This document shows, in pieces, positions 29,115 through 37,643 of a stretch of 64,000 bases of DNA (positions are counted from its first letter, which is position 1; every line of letters starts with the position of its first letter). Origin of the DNA: an uncultured Alphaproteobacteria bacterium (lineage in GTDB: Bacteria; Pseudomonadota; Alphaproteobacteria; Methylaequorales; Methylaequoraceae); the NCBI GenBank assembly GCA_902542925.1, contig CACBWF010000001.1, forward strand, positions 41,569 to 105,568, read 5' to 3'. The notes beneath the pieces are model-generated. The model worked only from the letters and a program-made list of their open reading frames with translations, had not been told where the DNA came from and ran no database searches. Position numbers and translations under genes: made by a program.

Positions 29115-29874
29115 TATTTAATACATCTCCGGGAGATAGGTATTTTTTTTCTTTAGATTTTAAATAATAAGCTTGTTCATAAGGTGGAAAATAACATGCC
29201 CTTACAATTCTATCAATTTTCTTACAATTCCATTTTGGATCAATAATTCTAAGTTTTTCAATTGAATCTTTACTATAAAATTTACCCTGTTTTTTAATTT
29301 TCTTTTTCGGAATGTTATTTTTAATAATTGCTAAAAAAAGTTTTATCAAAATTTCTTCTGCGCATTTTAAAGATTTTTTGTATAAACTTTTAGCGGTTTC
29401 AGATTTACTAATTTTAGTTGAAGATTCAAAAGCTATATCTCCCTCATCAACTTGCTCTGAAACCCAATGAATTGTTGAAGTATACTTTTTATCATTATTT
29501 GCTATCGCAAAATTAATGGAATTATAGCCTTTATAATTTGGAAGTTTTGCATTGTGAAGATTTAGGCATTTATTACCAACTAGTTCTAATATTTTATTTG
29601 ATAAAATCCATTTATGCTGGATTGAAATTAAATAATCTGGAGATAAACTTTTAATTTTTAATGAGATGAGTTTTTCGTTACGTTTTTCATTAGATATAAA
29701 AAAAGTATTTTTAAGGGTATTATTTTTTAAAAATTTTTTTTTTACTTTTGAGTTATAGAAATTTTTATTAGATACAAATCCCAATATCTCTATTTCTTTT
29801 TTAAAATATTTTTTGATTATTCTTAGAGCTATCTCAGTTGTTTTTTTATCGCCAAGTAAGATTATTTTTTTCAT
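29107..29874 (-). CDS. Sugar N-formyltransferase (formyl_trans_N family)
   Basis: Motif NLHNAKLPNYKG corresponds to the HxSLLPxxxG formyltransferase signature. Confidence 0.6.
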   Translation of the reverse strand: MKKIILLGDKKTTEIALRIIKKYFKKEIEILGFVSNKNFYNSKVKKKFLKNNTLKNTFFISNEKRNEKLISLKIKSLSPDYLISIQHKWILSNKILELVGNKCLNLHNAKLPNYKGYNSINFAIANNDKKYTSTIHWVSEQVDEGDIAFESSTKISKSETAKSLYKKSLKCAEEILIKLFLAIIKNNIPKKKIKKQGKFYSKDSIEKLRIIDPKWNCKKIDRIVRACYFPPYEQAYYLKSKEKKYLSPGDVLNTN

Positions 29875-29880
29875 AGGAAA

Positions 29881-30294
29881 TTAATTAATTTCTTTAGAAA
29901 TAGTATCGGGATCATTTGGATCAAATTCTTTTGATGCATAAGCAACCATAATTGCCTCTTCTTTATTTTTATTAATTATTGTATGAGCTGTTCCTGGACC
30001 AACATAAACAAGTTGAGGGCGTTTTGATTTTAATATTTTTTTTATTTTTTTGCCGTTTGCTTTCATTAATAAAGTAACCGTACCTGCAACACAACAAAAC
30101 CATTCTCCTTTTCTTTCGTGATAATGATCCCCTCTCCTAAAGCCAGGCATAACGCTATAGACATATATCTGTCCACCATTAGGTATTTTTTCTGACTTAA
30201 ATCTTAGTGCTTCAAACAGAGCACCTCTACTATCTGAGTATAATTTTAAGTCTTTAATTTTATAATCTATATTTTCTGTAAAGTGCATATCCAT
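29881..30294 (-). CDS. Cupin-fold WxcM/FdtA/QdtA-like sugar 3,4-ketoisomerase
   Basis: 137 aa. GDHYHERKGEWFCCVAGT resembles FdtA-type ketoisomerases. Confidence 0.5.
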   Translation of the reverse strand: MDMHFTENIDYKIKDLKLYSDSRGALFEALRFKSEKIPNGGQIYVYSVMPGFRRGDHYHERKGEWFCCVAGTVTLLMKANGKKIKKILKSKRPQLVYVGPGTAHTIINKNKEEAIMVAYASKEFDPNDPDTISKEIN

Positions 30295-30299
30295 TTTTT

Positions 30300-31442
30300 T
30301 TACCCTACCAAATTCATGGAATTAGCACCCCAAACTTCTTTTTTAATGATTTTTGACATACCTAAAATAATTCTTACAATTTTTTTTGAAACTTCTTTTT
30401 GTATGTAGGCTTCGGGTGGTGAAGAGAAATTAAAATTTATTGGTTTTTTGCAAATTATTCCTAACATCCTTAAAACATCATCTTGGTCTAAACCTGTGAT
30501 TGGACAATATCCTGCTTCAATTGACTCTTGCTTTTCAGTAGACTTTCTAATTGCTATTGCAGGAAATTTTAGTACAGCTGAATCTTCATGAATGGTTCCA
30601 CTATCAGAAATTACACATTTCGACTCTTTTTGTAGTTTTATAAAATCAACTAAACCAAAAGGTTTGTGCCATATTATTTTTTGGTTTGATTTTTTAATTA
30701 GACCTGAATTAATTAATTTAGTTTTTGTTCTTGGATGAGTGCTCACTACAATTGGAATTTTATATTTTTTTATGATAGCATTAAAAGTTTCTACAAGTTT
30801 CTTCAAAGAGTCTACACTTTCAACATTTTCCTCTCTGTGGATACTTGCTGTAAAAAATTGATTGGTATTGAGACCAAGTTTATTTAAAATTTTACTTTTT
30901 TCAAACTTGAAACCTAAATCGTTATATACTTCAATAATTGGACTCCCAACCACATAAATATTTTTTGGGTGAATACCTTCTCTTAATAGATTTCTTCTGC
31001 TTTGTTCGCTATAAGCAATATTAACATCGCTAGTATGATCAATAATCCTTCTATTTAGTTCCTCAGGTACTTCGTTATCATAAGAGCGGTCTCCAGCTTC
31101 AATGTGAAAAATTGGAATTTTTTTTCTCTTTGCTGCAATTGCACTTAGACCTGAATTTGTGTCACCTAGAATCAAAACTGCATCAGGATTTTCAACGTCC
31201 ATTACTTCCCCAGTACTGCTTATAATTTTTGCTATTTGATCTTGAATGTTTTGAGATTTTGATTTTAAGTTATAATTTGGTAGTCTTAATCCTAAATCTT
31301 TAAAAAAGATACGGTTAAGATTATAGTCATAATTTTGTCCAGTATGTACCAATATATGATTACAATGTTCGTCTAATTCTTTTATTATTTTTGCTAAACG
31401 AATAATTTCTGGTCTTGTACCCAGTATTGTCATTATTTTCAT
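30300..31442 (-). CDS. UDP-N-acetylglucosamine 2-epimerase family protein (WecB/NeuC/LegG type)
   Basis: N-terminus MKIMTILGTRPEIIRLAKII is characteristic of the 2-epimerase family. Confidence 0.7.
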   Translation of the reverse strand: MKIMTILGTRPEIIRLAKIIKELDEHCNHILVHTGQNYDYNLNRIFFKDLGLRLPNYNLKSKSQNIQDQIAKIISSTGEVMDVENPDAVLILGDTNSGLSAIAAKRKKIPIFHIEAGDRSYDNEVPEELNRRIIDHTSDVNIAYSEQSRRNLLREGIHPKNIYVVGSPIIEVYNDLGFKFEKSKILNKLGLNTNQFFTASIHREENVESVDSLKKLVETFNAIIKKYKIPIVVSTHPRTKTKLINSGLIKKSNQKIIWHKPFGLVDFIKLQKESKCVISDSGTIHEDSAVLKFPAIAIRKSTEKQESIEAGYCPITGLDQDDVLRMLGIICKKPINFNFSSPPEAYIQKEVSKKIVRIILGMSKIIKKEVWGANSMNLVG

Positions 31443-32560
31443 GACACAGCCTCTTTTACTTTTTCAATTATAAAATTTTGGGTTTGTTTACTGACCCACC
31501 ATCCACAAGGAATTGCGATTTCTGACTTATCAAACCAGTCTGTATTTGGAAGCTGAAGTTTTTTATTAGACTTGAACATAGAATATTTATCATTTCTAGC
31601 ATGAATTTGTCCGCTTTCTATATTACACCTGTTGAGAGCTTTAATTAATTTATCTCTGTTTTTGACAAGTATTGTATAACCCCAATAAGTTTGAAAATCA
31701 TTTGGGTTTCTTTCAAGAATTTTAATTCCTTTGGTTTTTCTAAATGCTTCATCATATCTTCTTCCATTTTGATGAAATTTATCAAGAATCCAGTCAATAT
31801 ATTTCATTTGAGACAAACCAATTGATGCAGCAATATCATTCATATTTCCTTTAAATCCCCATTCTGGAATATCTTCTTTCCATACATTTCTCCCTTCTCT
31901 ATTATCCCTATCTATTCCAAACCATTTCAATTTTTTAGCTTTTATGTAATCTTTTTTGTTTCCGCATAAAAGAGCACCCCCGTCTCCTGTTGTAATGTGT
32001 TTTATTGCTTGGAAAGAAAAACAAATAAAATCTCCAAAAGATCCAATTTTTTTATTATTTTTTTTTGCTCCGAATGCATGAGCAGCATCTTCAACAATTC
32101 TTATTTTATTATTATATCTCTTTAGAGCATATATATCGTCTAAGTTGGCTGGTGATCCTTCTTTATGGAGTATATAAATGGCTCTTGTCTTTTTAGTTAT
32201 TAGTGGCCTAATATTTTCAGCTGTGACCATTCCTGTTTTTCTACAAATATCTGCCCAAATTGGTTTTGCTCCAAGTGATACTATAGGAATATTCCCAGCA
32301 ATACATGTCAGAGGCGTCGTAATTACTTCGGTATTTGGTCCAACACCGGCTATTTTATAAGCCATTGTAATTGCCATTGTACATGAGTTTGTCAATACTA
32401 CATGTGGATTTTTAAGATATTTAGATATTTTTCTACTAAAAGCATTTACTTTTTTACCTTCAGCTAGAAAACCGCTGTAAAGTGTATTTTTAACATTTTT
32501 TTCTGCTTCTTTTGGAACAAAAACTTTAAATAAAGGTATTCTTTTTTTTTGTTTAATCAT
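31439..32560 (-). CDS. DegT/DnrJ/EryC1/StrS family PLP-dependent sugar aminotransferase
   Basis: LTNSCTMAITMA...FSFQAIKHITTGDGGAL, with the Lys in the PLP-binding context. Confidence 0.75.
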   Translation of the reverse strand: MIKQKKRIPLFKVFVPKEAEKNVKNTLYSGFLAEGKKVNAFSRKISKYLKNPHVVLTNSCTMAITMAYKIAGVGPNTEVITTPLTCIAGNIPIVSLGAKPIWADICRKTGMVTAENIRPLITKKTRAIYILHKEGSPANLDDIYALKRYNNKIRIVEDAAHAFGAKKNNKKIGSFGDFICFSFQAIKHITTGDGGALLCGNKKDYIKAKKLKWFGIDRDNREGRNVWKEDIPEWGFKGNMNDIAASIGLSQMKYIDWILDKFHQNGRRYDEAFRKTKGIKILERNPNDFQTYWGYTILVKNRDKLIKALNRCNIESGQIHARNDKYSMFKSNKKLQLPNTDWFDKSEIAIPCGWWVSKQTQNFIIEKVKEAVS

Positions 32561-32671
32561 TGTATTAAAAATATTTTTAAAAATATAATCTAAAACTTCA
32601 ATTATTATGCCAAATCCTGCTAAAACTGTTAAAAAAAATCTATTTTAAGTCGTACTCAATTAGAGGTTAAT

Positions 32672-33448
32672 GTGAGTAATACGCTATCATCATTCCCAGT
32701 CCCAATTTTTTCTCTGAAAAAATCTGAGAGGAATATTAGAGAAGCAATCTCTAGGATCTCTACTGGTATAAATGTACTTGGTGGAAATGATGCAGCTAGA
32801 CATGCTTTGGGGACGACTTTGAAAGCAGATGGGAAGAGTTTTGAGGCAGCCTCTAGTAGCATTGAGAACTCATTAAGTTTATTAAGTCTAGTAGAAGAAG
32901 CTTTATTTGAACTTAACTCTCTTGCAACAAGACTCAAAGAAACCGGTAATCAAGCTTCACTTTCTACAAATACTTCAGAGGATACAGCGGCATTAAATGC
33001 TGAAGCAGTCAATATTAGTGATACAATTGATTCAATAGTTTCATCCCTTACCTTCAATAATATTAATGTCTTAGATACGTCTGCAAAAAGTTTTACTATA
33101 GGTATAAATGATGTGGGAACGACAGCTACAATGCAAACTACTACAGGTATCGCAGCAACAAGCATAACAGGTGCTACAAATGCGAATACTTCTGCTGCAA
33201 CTACAATCGGAGAAATAACACGTTCACTAGGCTCTGTAGCGGGAAGTATACAATCTTTTAATGGTTATCTTAATATTGCCGAATCTTCTTCAGCTGCTCT
33301 TATAGCTCAAGCTGCAAAATTACAAGATACAGATTTTGCCCAAGAGACTGCAAGATTAGCAAAAAATGCTATATTAAAAAATTACAGTTTAGCTATGGTT
33401 GCCCAGGTTCAAAATGCAGACGAAGATCAACTTAAATTATTAGCTTAG
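32672..33448 (+). CDS. Flagellin (short, divergent, 258 aa; GTG start)
   Basis: N-terminus EAISRISTGINVLGGNDAARHALG. C-terminus KLQDTDFAQETARLAKNAILKNYSLAMVAQVQNA. RBS AGAGG. Confidence 0.7.
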   Translation: MSNTLSSFPVPIFSLKKSERNIREAISRISTGINVLGGNDAARHALGTTLKADGKSFEAASSSIENSLSLLSLVEEALFELNSLATRLKETGNQASLSTNTSEDTAALNAEAVNISDTIDSIVSSLTFNNINVLDTSAKSFTIGINDVGTTATMQTTTGIAATSITGATNANTSAATTIGEITRSLGSVAGSIQSFNGYLNIAESSSAALIAQAAKLQDTDFAQETARLAKNAILKNYSLAMVAQVQNADEDQLKLLA

Positions 33449-33508
33449 ACTAAATATTTTTTTTTTACGTCGTTATTATTAGTAACTATTAAACGAAAGG
33501 TTGATGGA

Positions 33509-33940
33509 ATGAAAAAAAATGAATATAAAACACAAGTTGAGACAAGTAAAACTCTTCTAAAAAAAGAAACAAACTTAAATAACGTAGTTCGAAATGATAT
33601 ACCAAAATATGAAATTATAAAGCAGCTAATTGTAGGTCTGGAAAGTGAATTTGTAAATTTAAAAAAAATAGTTTCGGTTGACTTTGAAGTAAATGACGAA
33701 GCAGTAGAAAAAGCTGAAAAAATATCAAAAATTGCTTTTGCGTTGCAGAGTTGTCTTAATGTTGATAAGGGTGAGGAAATAGCTGTAAATTTAACGTGGT
33801 TATACAGATTTGTTAGATATAGTTGTAAACGAATTATTGATAATGAAGATTTAACATATGTTAAACCAGCACACCTAGTAGCAAGAAATCTTAAAGAGGG
33901 TTGGTTAAATATGCCCGAAGAATCAAGACAAATAAATTAA
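33509..33940 (+). CDS. fliS: Flagellin-specific chaperone FliS (second paralog)
   Basis: LNVDKGEEIAVNLTWLYRFVRYSCKRIIDNEDLTYVKPAHLVARNLKEGW. Confidence 0.7.
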   Translation: MKKNEYKTQVETSKTLLKKETNLNNVVRNDIPKYEIIKQLIVGLESEFVNLKKIVSVDFEVNDEAVEKAEKISKIAFALQSCLNVDKGEEIAVNLTWLYRFVRYSCKRIIDNEDLTYVKPAHLVARNLKEGWLNMPEESRQIN

Positions 33941-33955
33941 TTTTTTTATACCTTA

Positions 33956-33996
33956 TTCTCCCAAATTAAACTAAACTTAACTTTAATTTGGGAGAG
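33956..33996 (+). terminator. Inverted repeat / hairpin downstream of the second fliS (possible terminator)
   Basis: ttCTCCCAAATTAAA-ctaaacttaac-TTTAATTTGGGAGag, a perfect 13-bp stem. Only a weak T-run follows. Confidence 0.3.
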
Positions 33997-34177
33997 GCTC
34001 ATCTTAAAATCTATATTTTCTACACTTTTTTTTGGAAGTTTAATTGGCAGTGTAGTTTCTCTTGGTGTATTTTGTTTCATTGAATTAATAAATATTTTAA
34101 CATCTGTAATCAGAAGTAAAAATTTTACAATTGATAGTATTAACGATTTTTTTACCCTAGAAACGATACCCCTTTTT

Positions 34178-35692
34178 TTGCTTCCTATAATTGCGGGTTT
34201 AGTCGTTGGATTTCTTAGATCAATGGAGCTAGGTAATCGCTGGCATGGACCTCCAGATGTTATTCTTTCAGCTCATTCCAGCAAAGAAAAACTTAGTATA
34301 AAATCTGGTTTTGTGGCCTCTTTGTCAGCTGTGATATCAATTTCAGCTGGTGGTTCTGTTGGTCAGTATGGGCCATTAGTTCACTTCGGAGCAACATTAG
34401 GTGCAAATATAAAGGAGTTTTTTAAAACTTTTGGTGATTATCAAGTTTTTATTGGTGCAGGGGTGGCAGCGGCAATATCTTCTGGTTTTGGAGCTCCCAT
34501 TGCTGGTTTAATTTTTTCTAGGGAAGTAATTTTGAGACATCAATCTCTAGCATCTTTTGCTCCAATTTTAGTATCTTCAATGATTGCATATTTAATCTCA
34601 AAATTCTTGTTTGGGATAGATCCTATTCTTGAGACAAATTTTGGAGGTATTTCTGATATTAAAGAATTTCCAGCGTTGGTTGCCACAGGTGTAGTTGCTG
34701 GATTTGTCTCAGTTATTTATATGAATGGATTAACGCACCCAAAATTTTTTCCTAATACAAATTATATTAAACCTTATTTTCAACCCGCAATTGCAGCATT
34801 AATTTGTACTATTGTTGGAATTTTTATTCCTGAAGCTATAGGGTTGGGAACTGAAACAATAAAAGATCTTTTGGTAGCCAAAATTAGTTGGGAGAATGCG
34901 CTTATTTTTCTAATTGCTAAACTCTTTTTAACTATAATTTGTATTAGATTAGGTTTAATTGGAGGTGTTTTTGCTCCGGCTCTTTTCCTTGGAGCATGTA
35001 CTGGATTAGTTATAGGTGTATTTATAAAAGTAATATTACCAGATACGAATGTAGCATTATATGCAGTTTCTGCTATGGCAGCAATTGGGAGTTGTGTTAT
35101 AGGGGGCCCAGTTGCAAATATGATGATTGTCTTTGAGTTAACAACAGATTATCAGGCAACATTAGCTGCAGGAATAAGTATTGTATTTGCTTCTATTATT
35201 TCCTTCAAATTAATAGGCCAATCTGTATTTGATAGAGTTTTATTTAATAGAAATATTGACCTCAAAATTGGAAGAGACCATTTGCTTTTAAATGAAAAAA
35301 TTATTGACGAAATAAAACAAAATAAATTCTGTAAGATTACAAAAGATATTCCAATTAAAAAAGCAATAGATATTATGGCGAGTAAAAATTATAGTGAGGC
35401 CTATTTCATTGATGAACAAGGAAGACTGAGTAAAAAAATTGAAATAGCCAAACTAATCAAAATAGTTAATAAAAACTTACCTTTATCTAAATTGAAAAGG
35501 AATAAATTTTTAAAAATTTATAATTATGAAACTGTACTTAAAACAATTAATGTTTGTAAAGATTTTGTTGGGGAATCAATTCCAATAGTTGACAAAGATG
35601 AAAGAATTGTAGGAGTGATTTCAGAAAGCGATTTATTTAAAACATTTCTAGAAGCATCTGAAACTGTACATAAACTTGAAGCTAAAGATTAG
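34178..35692 (+). CDS. ClC family chloride channel with C-terminal CBS domain pair (annotated TTG start; true N-terminus probably upstream)
   Basis: GGSVGQYGP and GVFAPALFLG match ClC selectivity motifs. Frame is open upstream to 33941 and encodes a further transmembrane helix. Confidence 0.65.
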   Translation: MLPIIAGLVVGFLRSMELGNRWHGPPDVILSAHSSKEKLSIKSGFVASLSAVISISAGGSVGQYGPLVHFGATLGANIKEFFKTFGDYQVFIGAGVAAAISSGFGAPIAGLIFSREVILRHQSLASFAPILVSSMIAYLISKFLFGIDPILETNFGGISDIKEFPALVATGVVAGFVSVIYMNGLTHPKFFPNTNYIKPYFQPAIAALICTIVGIFIPEAIGLGTETIKDLLVAKISWENALIFLIAKLFLTIICIRLGLIGGVFAPALFLGACTGLVIGVFIKVILPDTNVALYAVSAMAAIGSCVIGGPVANMMIVFELTTDYQATLAAGISIVFASIISFKLIGQSVFDRVLFNRNIDLKIGRDHLLLNEKIIDEIKQNKFCKITKDIPIKKAIDIMASKNYSEAYFIDEQGRLSKKIEIAKLIKIVNKNLPLSKLKRNKFLKIYNYETVLKTINVCKDFVGESIPIVDKDERIVGVISESDLFKTFLEASETVHKLEAKD

Positions 35693-36030
35693 ACAAATCT
35701 CATAATTGAGTATTTAATTTCACTACTTTTATCAGGTATTGTTGAAATATGAGCATACTTTGTTGCCAATTCATTATGGTGATAAACTGGTGAAAATGAA
35801 ATTCTAGCTTTAAAAAAAGCATCCGCAGTAGAGCCATTAGAAGGAGCTAGAAAAGGATGATGACGTTGTGCAAAGTTTTTTTCGCTATATGGTTTTGTCT
35901 TATCAACAGAACCAAGATTAAAAATTCTTCTTTGTGGATTAACAAGTGGCATACCATTTGCAATTTCTTCATTAAATGAAAAAATTATTTGATTGGGAAT
36001 ATTGGTTAAACTGTTGAAGACTTGATCCAT
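35689..36030 (-). CDS. Hypothetical protein
   Basis: ORF only. Confidence 0.25.
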   Translation of the reverse strand: MDQVFNSLTNIPNQIIFSFNEEIANGMPLVNPQRRIFNLGSVDKTKPYSEKNFAQRHHPFLAPSNGSTADAFFKARISFSPVYHHNELATKYAHISTIPDKSSEIKYSIMRFV

Positions 36031-36462
36031 TTTAAGAATTTAACAAAAAAAATTAAAAAATTCAATAGAGTTATAAATATGCACTTTAATAAAGCAAAAA
36101 ATATCTATAAAAAAACAGATTTATCAGATGTTAAAAATCATGACAACGTTAAACTTGTTAAAAAAGTCGTTCAAGAGCTAATTAGATCAATGAATATAGT
36201 TTCAGAAAATATAAATACTAAAAATTACCAAATAAAAAATAAACATTTTAGTAAAAGTCTCGTTTTAATATATACACTGCAAACAAGTTTAGATTTTGAA
36301 AAAGCTGAAAAATTTTGTGCTCACTTATTCCAAATCTACGAATTTTGTAGAAAGAAGCTTATAGACGGTATGACAAAAAGAACAGCAGAAGAAATCAATA
36401 AAGCCATTTTTTGGCTAGAAGAAATATTTTTTGGTAATGTAAGGGCAGAAAATCGTGGTTAG
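36022..36462 (+). CDS. FliS-like flagellar chaperone (third, divergent paralog)
   Basis: LQTSLDFEKAEKFCAHLFQIYEFCRKKLIDG aligns with LQSCLNVDKGEEIAVNLTWLYRFVRYSCKRIID of the FliS at 33509. Confidence 0.45.
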   Translation: MIHFKNLTKKIKKFNRVINMHFNKAKNIYKKTDLSDVKNHDNVKLVKKVVQELIRSMNIVSENINTKNYQIKNKHFSKSLVLIYTLQTSLDFEKAEKFCAHLFQIYEFCRKKLIDGMTKRTAEEINKAIFWLEEIFFGNVRAENRG

Positions 36463-36757
36463 TAGTTCTTCATTAGATAATCAATTTCTAACATTGCAAA
36501 AAATTTCAGAAAATATCGCATCTTTAATTAAAAAAGAAGATTTTGTTAAAGTTTCTCATCTGGATAAGATAAGAAAAAAAATTCTCAGTGATATTAAAAA
36601 AAAAGATCTGATAATTAATAATAATAAAAACTCTTTATTAAAACTAATTTCGAAAAATGATGAACTGATTTATGAAATTGAAAACAAAAAGAAGGTACTT
36701 TCTAAAGAATTTAATCAGAATATGAGATGTCAAAAAGAATATGGCAGGCACTTATAA
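36455..36757 (+). CDS. Small helical protein, possible FliT/FlgN-type flagellar chaperone
   Basis: 100 aa, predicted coiled-coil. Overlaps the stop of the FliS-like gene, echoing the fliS-fliT arrangement. Confidence 0.2.
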   Translation: MVSSSSLDNQFLTLQKISENIASLIKKEDFVKVSHLDKIRKKILSDIKKKDLIINNNKNSLLKLISKNDELIYEIENKKKVLSKEFNQNMRCQKEYGRHL

Positions 36758-36769
36758 TAAAGTCCTAAC

Positions 36770-37615
36770 TTATTTAATTAGCCTTGAAAGAAGTTTTGGA
36801 TGAAGAAATGCTTTTTGTATATTTAGCATATTTTTTGATTGCTCATCTAGATCATTTTCTGGAAAATATTTATCCAATTGACTAAAATCATCTTCTTTTA
36901 ACAAATCATTTTCACAAAAAAATAACTTTCTAGACATATTTAATAAATATTGAATTGAAGAACAATGTGTTCCATCCTTGTCAGCAAAATCGTTCACACT
37001 AGTTAAAAAAGGCATAAAACAATATCCTTTAATGTGACCTTCTCTTATAAATCGAGCTATTATAATATCAAGATTTTCATCAATTTTATGCATTTTACTA
37101 TTAATCATTTCAATTATTTTTCTTTTAGATTTAGAGTTAATGATATAAGAATTCAGTGAAGAAAAAAAATAATTTTTAAGCGACAATATAGTTGTTTCAC
37201 TCTTTCTTTTTAAAAATCTATTTAAATTAAACAAGTTTAAAATTTGGGATGGATCTCCAAAACACACATCAGTGAAGATTATATCCCAGTCGGAAAAATT
37301 ATTAAGTTTTGAAATATTTTTATAACAAGATCTGCTAATAATCGAATCATCTTCGCAGATCCACGAATTTTTATCTTGTTTAACGTTGTTTATTGCTTCT
37401 AGGTGACTCAGAAAAATAGCTTTTCCTCTGTCATGAAGTTTTCCATTTAAATTTTCTTTTCTTACATCATCAACTGTTTTTGCAGAATCTCTATTAAACG
37501 TAAATGGTAAATGTCTAATTTGTTTTTCAAATCTCTTTTTTCTTTCTTTAGCACTATCTAGATTGATGTATGTACAATTTAAATTCATCACAAAAATTAG
37601 CAATTGGTATGCCAT
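36770..37615 (-). CDS. Glycosyltransferase family 25 (LPS/glycan beta-glycosyltransferase type)
   Basis: N-terminus YINLDSAKERKKRFEKQ matches the GT25 start pattern. Confidence 0.5.
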   Translation of the reverse strand: MAYQLLIFVMNLNCTYINLDSAKERKKRFEKQIRHLPFTFNRDSAKTVDDVRKENLNGKLHDRGKAIFLSHLEAINNVKQDKNSWICEDDSIISRSCYKNISKLNNFSDWDIIFTDVCFGDPSQILNLFNLNRFLKRKSETTILSLKNYFFSSLNSYIINSKSKRKIIEMINSKMHKIDENLDIIIARFIREGHIKGYCFMPFLTSVNDFADKDGTHCSSIQYLLNMSRKLFFCENDLLKEDDFSQLDKYFPENDLDEQSKNMLNIQKAFLHPKLLSRLIK

Positions 37616-37643
37616 GGCTTAAAATTTGCTAAATTAATAGTCT

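Noticed and set aside
32656-33165. Minus-strand ORFs overlapping the fourth flagellin gene
   Set aside because: Antisense to a CDS with clear flagellin termini.
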